From Phoronis australis (taxonomy: Eukaryota; Animalia; Phoronida): a stretch of 64,000 nucleotides of DNA. The position numbers and the translations under genes are program-made. Shown here piece after piece: positions 53,601 through 64,000 of the stretch (positions within the stretch are counted from its first letter, which is position 1; the number at the start of each line of letters is the position of its first letter). The stretch is from positions 444,710 to 508,709 of the forward strand of contig NMRA01000019.1 of NCBI GenBank assembly GCA_002633005.1, read 5' to 3'. The notes under the pieces were generated by a model, which saw only the letters and a program-made list of their open reading frames with translations, made no database searches and was not told the origin of the DNA.

Positions 53601-54974
53601 AAATTCAAACCCTGCCAAGCACCAGCTCCAAAGTGCTTACTATTTATAATGGATATCAGTTTGTTCATTCTCCCAGTGAGAATGCTTTGTAACACTGGAA
53701 GATGGATGGAGAGATGACCAAGCTGTTGTAACAAGTATGTTGGAGGTTAAGCCTAAAGAGCTGGATCACCGAATTTTACAAATATCAGCTTTAGTATATT
53801 GCATGGTGATGAAAAAGGGTAGTCATTTGTTCAAATATTTCCCCAAAGTATCCATTTTGAAAAGCAACACCAGCTGTCCTCTCTTAGTTAGGAATGTCAT
53901 GAAGATCCATCAAACAATTTGGTAGAGTGTAAAGCAGAAGGAGTCATGGTAATTTGCCACAGTGGGGATCAAGTCAGCAATATTGATGCCATTCTCCATA
54001 GGAACACAACTGCCCCCTTTGATGATTGAATCATTCTTCACAGTTTGGAAGACAGGAAGGCAGACAACTGACAAAGAACAGACACAAAAACAACAAAAAG
54101 GGCAATAAAGGGGCACACTGTTGCCTCAAATTGTATTTAATGACCTTCATTCTAACTCCTATATAAAAAAATCAGACTATTTCAACTAGTAAAAGAATAT
54201 ATTTTCTTAAAGAAAAAAATCAGAGATTACAAAAACACTATATATTTATGTGACACTGTATATTTATGTTGCCACCTTTATAAGTCACAAAAATTTCATT
54301 TCTAAGATATTTCATAGCAAAATAATCCCTTGGTTAATTTTAATGAAACCCTTTTTATATGAAAACTTTGCAATTTACCTCAAAAATGCTGCTCAGAATT
54401 TTCAATTATGCCAAATTAACTCGCAAACATAAGGTATTTTTTTAAATAACAGCAGTCATATATATCATCATTGTTTACAAATGAGCTCAGTTTGTCCAAT
54501 CACTGCCAATCACGGTGATTCTTGAATCTTTACTAATGACTCTCAAGCATGGACAACATCGGGTCAGGATTCAGTGCTCATCAATGGCGGTTTTAAATTT
54601 AAGAATACTGAATACTCTTTGACTTTGGGAAGACTGGCAGGAACATGGTAGCCTACAACCCTGCCGTGTGCGTCATTCCAGTGAGCCCGGGTTCAATTAC
54701 GCTGTGAAATGATGCGATCTTGACACGAATTTGATGAATATCAGAGTTGATAATTCATCAATATTTCTACTTCATCTTCTTTTAAAAATGCAAGTACGCT
54801 ACGTACTCATTTTCCGTATTCATAAGACATGCGGGTAATTTTGCATGCGCATGTAATCCGGAGGTTGTTTTGAGCATAGGTACACCACTACATCTAATAA
54901 CTGAAGTGTCATCTATTTTTGTATGCAAAAGTATAAAAACTACACCTGAGTCCCAGAAATTTTAGATATTTTCG

Positions 54975-55070
54975 GAGTAGTGAACCTTTGGAGTTGAGTG
55001 AACCTTCGAAATAATGAAGCTTCAGAATCATAGTGAACCTTCAAGGTTAGAGAACCTTCAGAATAGTGGG
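54975..55070. repeat. Degenerate ~17-19-bp tandem repeat (GTGAACCTTC...)
   Basis: About five GAACCTTC-like units; probably transposon subterminal repeats. Confidence 0.6.
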
Positions 55071-58000
55071 CTTTTCCCATTTCCAACAATTAAGCAACTT
55101 CGATAGCATGCAGAATACGACATAAACATTTCGAGTCATTCTGCAACCACATATTTCCGTCACAGCATATAATCAAATGAGGTGTAATCACTCATTTGAA
55201 GCGCGCCTGATTTGAAAGTTTGAAGTGTAATACGAGAACGTTCTCTTTCTGGACCACACTACATCCGAATTTGAGGCCCGTTCTTTGCGAGCAACCTCAT
55301 TTCTGGTATTACGAATTCCATCTCAGGAATATAGAGTTGACAGTCCTCATTGTGTATAAAGATTTCCCTTCCCCCTAATTAAGGTGTATCAAGTACCTTA
55401 CCGAAAACAACAGTGTCGATGTTTGCAAAATATCAAACGTCCCCCATTCTAGAAATTGAAACCACTCCCCGCGTAATACTGGCTTTGGGCCTGGTATATA
55501 TATGGAACTGTTCTATTCCTGGCAGGAGATTCAGTTTGAGTGACAGTACTGAAAACTTTGACCTCGGATGAGTAATAAACAAATTTCCACGCAGTTTAAG
55601 GTGGTTCTGCTAAATCTTGTTTCCTCGCTACATGTAGGTATTTATTTTAATTTGAAGTTCCCCGAGAATAAAGATGAGGTATTTTGCTAGATATATGTGA
55701 AATATTCTAAAAACGGACACTTTTTGTGAATAAGGTTTGAGATATTCTTAAGTCAAATCTGAAGCAGGGCAGATACTGTTGACTACATTCACTTATTTGT
55801 CAATTTTAAACATTCACCATGGAAATTGATGAATACCAAAAACAAAATTGATACAACAGTAGTCTGATTTGTCCCAAAATCGACGCCAGTGACAATCTCT
55901 TCAGCAGAAAAAATTTTATTCCAAATTTCATGTTCAAAATCCATCAATGAACTCATCAATGGCAGATATTGAGCCACGGACAAAACAATAAAATTTCCAC
56001 TAGAATGTGCCACAGGATGAGGGGCTCCTCCAAAATCTCTGTCAACCAAGCATTTTCCAGTAGAAAAACATGATCCTGAGCATGGTTTGGCCAATAAAGA
56101 GGTGGATGTACGTGGACCCATTAAAAGACAATACTTTGTAAAAAATCTGGGCAAAGTTTCCACTTCTAACGTGTTTACAGCAAGTATACCTAGAAATTGC
56201 AAACTAAACTTTTGATTACTTCCATAACCCGATTCTCTTTTTGTACCCTTAATAGTTTATACGCAAACTTGATTTCTCCGATTTAAAGACCTTATCGGGG
56301 AGAAAACGATCAGTACCACAAACGCCACTTTCGGTAAAGTTTTTTAGAATTAGAATGCGATGCGTCAAAAGAGAATAATACATGAAGCGTTGACATCTTA
56401 ATTTTTAAAGTAAATTGAAGAAGAAACGTTTCCTTCATTATTTACACTGTTGATAACTGTATAGCTGTCGTTAACAAACACATCATGAAATCTGTGAATT
56501 TTTAAAAATCCAGTGACCTTTTGAAAAACAGACAATTTTGGCAACAATTATTTTGTTGGTATTTGAGGAGATTGTTTACTGCAATCTTGAAAAAATATAA
56601 ACATCAGAGCAAAATTAACTTGTTGGTATCAGACATTCAGCATTGTTGTAGATTTTTAAATGCAGAGGAGGTGTATTGCAGACTTTTTTTTAATTTCCAC
56701 CGTTGCATAGTCGAATGTCTCAACATATCCGTGAATGGAAGTCCTTGCATTTCGTCCTGATCAACGCAGCCCGCCTTCCACATCCCAATTACTACGCTAG
56801 AACAGTATGATGGATGTTTCCCATTACAAGAAGAGCTCTTCCTTACATCTCTTAATCAAACATAGATCTGTAAACACTGGAGAGTGCACTCAGTGAGTGA
56901 ACTGTAAACATGCACTTAATGTTCACAGATCCAGGAAACACTCATACACCTACAAACTAGTACAGGTTTACTACTTGCCCTATTACGTACCAAATTACAG
57001 TGAAATCGCACCATTTCAAGGCACTGCATGGCAGACAAATGAAATTTAAAAGTGAAACCCATTATCACTTATTTGCGATAACAAGAACTTATTATTGTAT
57101 GTGCACAATATAATTCCTAGATGTTTGTGATTGTGTAGGCAAGTTTTCTTAAAACATCTTGATTTTTGGCAGATCCCCTCAACTTCTGCAGACATCAATT
57201 CTTGCACAGAACAAGCCAGCAAATTCTGACCAAAACAACTACTTTACCATAGTACTGCGGGTTAATACAACAGATGATCACATCATATTTGCGAGTCAAG
57301 TCATAATTTTACAAACATTAAAACTATCGATAATGTTTCATAAGTTCACTTAGAATTAACAAAACATTAAATGGGTTTTGATATTTGAGCTAACGTTATG
57401 TTCCATAAAACTCTTCATAAACAATCCACAAAGGTTGTACAGCTACATTTCGCGTGGTTTAGCTGGCTACAAGAACGAAAATCCAATTAGTCCTTTTACT
57501 AGATTATGAAATTGGTCTCATATAATATTCCAACTATGATAGGATCTATCTACCTACATTGAGGTTGGCCAACTGCCACTTCTACCCTGCTCACGCCAGG
57601 GGATATTACGCCATCGCCTGTTGCGAGCAACGTCAAAATACCCAGTTGCCGTTTTTTCGCAACTGAACGAAAGACTGCTGGAAAAAAAGTTTAATTATGG
57701 AAGTATCTGTTCAAGTTAAAAGGAATTAAAGACATCAACGGTCTCCTAAGATGTCCCTTTTTGCGCAAAAGGTACATGTTATCATAGGAACATGATAGTT
57801 TCAAGTATAGTTGACTAAAACGTTTCTGGCATATGAAGGGTCTAGTGTCTCTATTGTCAGTTGAGACAGTGTTACTGTCTAGGTGAAATGTGCCATTAAT
57901 TTAGTCTGAAAAGCTGAGGATTGACATTGTGCATCAAGTTGGGCACATTCTGCAGATACACAAATGCCAACTAAGTTGACCGAGACACTGCAAAATCGAT

Positions 58001-58150
58001 GGTTTGGCTGCAAACCAATAATGTCACCAAATTACAGCAAGATTTCAAATTTTGAATCTAGTGAATATTCACCAGCCTACACAAACTGCTTGAGAAGTTA
58101 CATAAGACAACTGAGTCTGAACTGAAGTCTACTACGACTAGTTCACTGAC

Positions 58151-58273
58151 CAAATGACATCGAGCCAACAATCGCTCTCTTCTTGACCGAGGGGTTGGCG
58201 GTGTGACATGCTGGTATGGGTCCCCTACGTACGAACTGTCCTGAGCCGCGTCGCTGATGAATGCCAAATCCAT
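58151..58273 (-). CDS. FipoQ: Probable FipoQ-like first coding exon
   Basis: ATG at 58273, MDLAFISDAAQ...RCHL, and a phase-0 TTG|GTCAGT donor matching the exon 2 acceptor. Lies next to the divergent promoter. Little sequence conservation to confirm it. Confidence 0.7.
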
Positions 58274-58706
58274 CCCAATAATGTACTAAGTCATTAATCA
58301 ACGTGCATCTCTGCTCAACCATCAAGTGTAATGAAAATACACCCAAATAACTTCTGACAGCCGAGAACATCTGTTTAAAAATAGGTCAACTCGTGAAAGT
58401 TATTTGTAAATTTGTATGTTCGTTTACGAATTAAAATTCACGACCAAATGTGTCTGGGTATGCCATTTAAGTGCCAATAATATGTGCAAATAGATTTTTT
58501 AATGTAATTAGTGAACTATAACCTTATAGACTAAGTGTTAATTATTATGCAAATACTTCGAAGACGTTTTTCTAGTCTACTTCTAGCCACTCTGCAAGGT
58601 CAAGGGTCACACCTTGTTGTGTTTCGGAAACTTCAGACATGTTGGTTATCGGAGAAAGTTCACTCCAATACGGCTCGGGGGTTATGAACTATAGGTGAAA
58701 GACAGG
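58274..58706. promoter_or_regulatory. Putative bidirectional promoter; DR1-like element at 58597-58609
   Basis: 433 bp between divergent ATGs; contains AGGTCA-A-GGGTCA. Confidence 0.55.
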
Positions 58707-59049
58707 ATGGCACGAACTTTACCTTTGGCACGCGTTGCCGTTCTTATCATACTTCTCGCTGATATATCGTCAGCTGAGATCCACCGGGCCAAAGCGACAA
58801 CATCGAAACTGTCGGACAAATCTCAGTTCGCTGGGGAGAACTCGGACATTGGGATTTTGGATTTGGACAGTAATGCCGATATCTCAGTCCTTGAGAAACG
58901 TCACACCGGTATGGATGGGATAGACGAGGCGACCAGAAGATCTGATGCGTGGTTTTATTCTATAATTTCGGCTATCATTGTCGGTTTGAGTGGCGTTTTG
59001 CCTCTACTGGTCATCCCGATTGAATCTGGCCCCCAACTTTTACACGGAG
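58707..59049 (+). CDS. SLC39A13: Zinc transporter ZIP13-like, first coding exon
   Basis: Signal peptide, then DAWFYSIISAIIVGLSGVLPLLVIPIE, matching ZIP13 TM1 (DTWICSLLGSLMVGLSGVFPLLVIPLE). Donor G|GTAGG (phase 1). Further exons not found in the window. Confidence 0.88.
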
Positions 59050-61032
59050 GTAGGCCTAACATTTTAATTCAATCACTTAAACACTAGTACAGATACAGTG
59101 TAGTTTCGTTTGTTACCATATGTTGCACACGATTTTTCTTCTGTTTACTTTAAGACAAGAACCCTAGCTCTAATAATAAGTGTGTTTGTTTCTCTTGCCT
59201 CATAACATCAAATGCAAAACGTGTCTCCCGACAGGAGTGCAAGACTTGAATTTTTATCGGTATTCCAACAATCAGGTATTCCAATAATCAGAGAAAACTT
59301 TTACACTTCATTACCAGTTTTGTGTTAGACACGTGCTTGGGATGCCAGGCCGCTTTATTGCACAAATTTCTATGTGTGGTATTCAGATAAACCTTTGGAA
59401 CTACCAGTGACTCACAATATTTCTTGTTTTACATTCTTTGGTAGTAGGCCTATTTCCTGACAGTTTTTTTTTTTGCACCCATAACTTAATTGCTGTCTGT
59501 ATACTGAAGTCATTTGTCAATTTCCCGTAGAGGAATCAAATTTAATTGCATTAGATTTGGTTAGAGTGACTGTTATTTTTTGTTTTTGAATTCATTGTTT
59601 TTTTTTTCAATGTTCAGTCGTTGTATGAGCTGTTTTATTTCATTTATTAACACTGTGCCTGCAATTAATAATGAACTTCCATCATACCATACTGTATCAT
59701 GCAATGACATTACCGCGGCATTTAGAAAAAATTGATGGTATATGACACCTCATTCACAATAAGCCAGTCGTACCTCAAGTGTGCGACAGTTGATTTAATC
59801 TCCCGAATTCAGACTCAGACTTGAAATTCAAATTCCAGATTCGAGTAAAAATGTGTAAGTTTACTCGAGGCCTGCCATTCAGCTCGACAATGTTTGCTTG
59901 TCAACTTCAAATACAGCCGGGCCTTAAACTTCATTCTGCACAGTTCTTTAGTGCAAAATATATTTGCATGTTCCTTGCATTTTCTTTCCTCTAATATTTT
60001 GACATTGTAAAAATAGTAATGTGCATTACTTTTATTGACGTTGCGTTTTTAGACATGGTTGAATCCTAAATCATATTAGTAGTTCTGTTTTACGTTCACC
60101 AATTCAATTTTTATTAATCTGTTAAAATGTTTCGGTAAAGTGTTTTTCGTATAGTATAAAACTCAACTTGATTCTACTTGTACCCGCTCAGTTTCTTATC
60201 TCAACTTAAACTTCAAACTCAAAATTATTTTTGAAATCTTCTGTAACAGTTCTACTTGAGTGTGAACTGACAATAAGTGTATCTGTGCTCAAGTTCAAGA
60301 TATGGTTTACTCGGATCAATGCTGTTCTGTAATTTTGAGTGCCAACTCGAAATTGTGAGTTTCAACTTTAGTTTGTTTGAATCTATGGGTGGTCACGTGT
60401 GAACTTAAACTTGAAACAGACTTCTAAAACCTTGATACTCAAGTGTACACAACATGCACAGTAAGAAGAACAGAAGTCAATGTTCACTGGAGTTAGACCC
60501 CAGCTGAGGCTCAAATTTCTGATGAAAAGTGTCCTAAAGCCAACTGTTATTCTCGCATAAGACAAGTTGAGGTTCCTTAACACTAACAAAAATCCTGAAG
60601 TTTCATTGTAACAAAACTTAAAATAATATGTACGCTGGTGTTATCAGAGTGACCCAGGTGTTGTAGCATTTGTGTATGCTCTTGCTGCTAGAACGTGTGA
60701 AATGTAAAATGTAAAAACATGCATTCTCTGGGAAAATCAGATGAAATATGAGTTCACATTTCATCTGTGACAACGTAGAAAATATATCTGAAACTAAATA
60801 AGGCGATCCAGATCCTCCCAAGGATACTATTGTTTCGTGAAATGAAGAATATAAATCGGTAAATAAAACAACAAGAATGGATCAACTGAAATTTGAAATT
60901 TTCGGAGGTAACAACTTCCTTTATCAACAAAAACAGAAATAAAGTAAAATCAAACACGAAATGACAATTGACATATAAGATATGGTGTAATGAAAATGAT
61001 ACATTTTTGCGTAAAAAATTCAATGACATATT

Positions 61033-61378
61033 TTAAGTTTTTATGTTCAATCCATGAGGTTCTATTGTATTCAGTTTGTCTATCCAATATTGTTCTCTTT
61101 TAAGTCTGTGAGGGGTACTGGGGTGTTGGAGTTTTTCTATTATTTGTACAGAAAGATCTTGAATATTATGGTTTTTGGAATTGAAATGATTACCTACAGT
61201 ATCAGAAATGTTTTTATGTATTATGTTAAATCTATGATTACGAAACCGAGTTTGTAGATTATGTTGAGTTTGTCCTACGTATTGGATAGAACATTTTTTA
61301 CAAGTTATAAGGTAAATAATATTGTTGGTGGTGCAATCAGAATAATGTTTTATTTCAAAGTTTTCATTGGTTTGGGAA
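61033..61378 (-). mobile_element. Penelope-like element (Neptune-type) C-terminal GIY-YIG endonuclease, cut by N gap
   Basis: CTTNNIIYLITCKKCSIQYVGQT...RFRNHR...HF...REQYWIDKLNTIEPHGLN; frame intact to the stop. Confidence 0.93.
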
Positions 61379-62302
61379 NTGGTTGACTCGACAGTCATTT
61401 TCAAAAGACGAGCAGAGCACACGAAAACCTGCCATTACGCAGCCAGATGCTTGTCTTTTTAGAATTTAAATGGGCTCATGCCTTCCACCTGGGTGGTGTT
61501 AAAATAGTTAGCACACACACACCAATGCACCATGGCTAAAACACGCCAAGGTTGAACGGTCTTTGTTCTTCGTGTACTGTGATATAATAGCAGTGAACTG
61601 CATTGTGGGATATGATCTGGTTTGTGTTCCCCAACACCATGTCACGGTGTCAAAGGTCAACTTTTCGCGCATTTTCTTATTTTCGCTTTTTTTAAATAAC
61701 TAAAGATACAATAATACGATGATTTGAATAAAATACATCCAAAAAGCAATAATCTTGAAAATATTATTGCAATTTAACATACTTGGACCTTGCAAATTAC
61801 ACTTTAATTTTCCGTAGATTTTTTAAATACATGTACTTCACTCAAACTGTTCACGTGGCGGATCACAGTGTATGTTGAGCGTTATTCACACTTTTATAAA
61901 TATATTACTTCAAACTTTTTTTCCGAAAGTTTGTTGATCGAACCGGCTAACGACGTCGAGTCGGCATTGACCTACATGTACCTTTTGAACTTTCTATGTC
62001 AGAGGTCACTGTTGAAGTAGTGCGGGAGGTGAATACAGAAAACTTTATTAAATGGCCGTATTTTCCGCGAGATTCAACGCGTATGAGATAAAAAACCAGA
62101 GACAAAAAATCAGAGACAAAAACAGAATTTTCGAAAGAAGCAGTGTCTGCCTGAATACAGCAGCTATTTTTCTAAAGAAATCTTGACTTTAATTCAAACA
62201 AGTGAAATGTTGGAAGTCGAATTATTATATCTCCACGGTAATAGTTGGGAATATCTTTGCTTTATATGATCAACAACTATTTCCATCAAAAAACTGTTTT
62301 AC

Positions 62303-62407
62303 CTTTCTTTAGATATGGTATACACTCCTGCGCAAGCGACGCACAAGCCACGACATTTACCGAAAACGTTTTCTCCATTGACTCGACTGGCATGTCCACA
62401 AAAGTTT
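62303..62407 (-). CDS. Isolated exon resembling a short-chain dehydrogenase/reductase (SDR) segment
   Basis: CTTTCAG| acceptor, G|GTAAA donor, 105 nt, phase 1-1. TFVDMPVESMEKTFSVNVVACASLAQECIPYLKK resembles the SDR helix carrying the conserved Asn. Confidence 0.6.
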
Positions 62408-62711
62408 CTGAAAGTAGACCCATATCATGGATAATAAAACAAGAACCATTGAGATATACGACACACTTTAATATGGACAATCTGTTATCCTTTTAAGATT
62501 TTTGGGCATCATTCGAAATGAAACCTGCCACTAGCTTTGTGAATGCACAAAATGTGCGCTTTCATTGAGCTTTATCAAAGTAAAACCCCACTCTGATAAT
62601 GCCAACTCCCACGCATGACCATTGTATTCTATTATCATAGCCTGTGACCCCGAGACTAGCTGCAGGAATTACACTGCACATTTCTGGCAGGCTGAGTTTT
62701 GACCGAGTGTT

Positions 62712-62872
62712 CAGAGGCGGATCCAGGATTTTGAGATAGTGGGGTGAGGCAGAGAAGAGTATTAGCCAGAATTTTGCCCGTCAGACATTCGCACCCCCGT
62801 ACGGTCAAATGGAATCTGGGAGAATTTTAGAGGGGCCATGGCCCCCTTGGCCCCCCTCTAAATCCGCCACTG
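62712..62872. mobile_element. 161-bp MITE (hAT-like CAG termini) with 5-bp TSD
   Basis: TIRs CAGWGGCGGAT; GTGTT on both flanks; internal GGGGCCATGGCCCC palindrome. Confidence 0.85.
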
Positions 62873-62914
62873 GTGTTGTATTTCCATTGCTTTATTTCCA
62901 TTTTTACGTTTTTG

Positions 62915-64000
62915 TTCATCAATGGATCTCACTACGTAACAACAAATATTACATCTGATGGTAGCTGCTTTTTCCGTTGTATAAGTTTAGCCCTCTATGG
63001 CACTGACAAATTCATCACGCTCACATCAGATCAGAAATAGTAAACCACTTGAAAAGAAACTTAGCAAAATACAGTATTCTAATGGATGAAGACCACCAGG
63101 AACATCTACGAAACATGGCGAAAACAAACGGCAACATCAAATCGTGGGCCACTCAAGCCGAAATATTCGCAACTTGTACTCTTTTTCATAAAGACATCTA
63201 CGTCAACACCACTATTGGAAACAACATACGTTGGATTAAATACACCTCAGAGAATATCAACAGCAAACCAATATTACTTCTACACCGCAACCACCATTTC
63301 AACCTGTTGGACAGCAAACACACTCCTGATAACTATCTCATTCAAACAATAGAAGATACCTGCTCAACAACTCCTCCAAACGAAAAACCTATCACAGCAG
63401 GTGTTCAAGATAAATTTGACCTCAAAAAAGACAACTGGATTAAAAGTAACTGGAAAATCAAACGGCAAAAACAAATCTACAACAAAATATACGTCATTTA
63501 CACCAGAGGAAGTAATCTTTACCACCAACAGATTCGAGCCTCTTCATGAATCCCATAGTGAAGACAACATTGCAGAATTCAACGCACCCAAGAACGGCCA
63601 CACTAATTCGAAAAAAGTACGGCGCCACAAGAACATAGGAAAGAACAAATACTCTAAGACATCTACAACGACTTCGTCTCAACCTATTCCTACCACCGAC
63701 ATCTACGGTCCTGCAGACAATACCAACGACACCATAAAAAAAGTCAAACGTAACAGAAGGTTCCGTAGACAAATCACTAGGAAAACTATAACCTGTGAAA
63801 CAAACAACGTAGTTAATTTATCTAACCATAACTTAACTGATAGTGAGGTTAGCCTACTTTCTAAAGGACTAAACTTCTGTACAACCAAAACCAATATTGA
63901 CAAAGATGAATTACTAATTGATATTTACACTTTCGCTAGACGTCTTAGATTGGCAGCATATTTTGCCAATTCTTCCAAAGATGAAAACCAGAACTCCCCT
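62915..64000 (+). mobile_element. Penelope-like element ORF: OTU-like domain, linker and RT N-terminal region (two frameshifts; runs off the window)
   Basis: DGSCFFRCISLALYG / IRSEIVNHL / WATQAEIFATCTLFHKDIYV / ILLLHRNHHF are OTU motifs. The frame open from 63353 to 64000 encodes NRFEPL and VVNLSNHNLTDSEVSLLSKGLNFC...FARRLRL, the PLE RT N-terminus. Confidence 0.82.

Noticed and set aside
54975-55070. CRISPR-like array
   Set aside because: Degenerate short units without unique spacers, in a eukaryotic context with no cas genes.
59124-59130. Metal-response element TGCACAC in ZIP13 intron 1
   Set aside because: A single 7-mer is expected by chance.

Overview
AT-rich eukaryotic (invertebrate animal, probably lophotrochozoan-like; inference) genomic DNA with two single-N gaps (25468, 61379). 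Almost the whole window is one minus-strand F-box/LRR gene resembling Drosophila FipoQ. It has eight phase-consistent GT-AG exons from 58273 to 6774; the last exon was not found and probably lies left of the window. An intact two-exon class A GPCR is nested antisense in its intron 7, and a ZIP13/SLC39A13-like gene starts head-to-head about 430 bp away. The introns are full of mobile DNA: an inverted pair of ~1.75-kb elements, a 4.4-kb TIR element, several MITEs, DINE-1/HINE-like elements, a tRNA-derived SINE, a HERO-type LINE end, three Penelope-like (PLE) pieces and a decayed spliced gene. The two most striking signals are (1) a PLE whose RT N-terminus is preceded by an OTU deubiquitinase-like domain, and (2) the inverted 1.75-kb pair bracketing FipoQ exons 3-7, an 888-nt frame-preserving block that is a candidate circRNA/skipping unit. 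All family assignments come from motif recognition by eye, not database searches.
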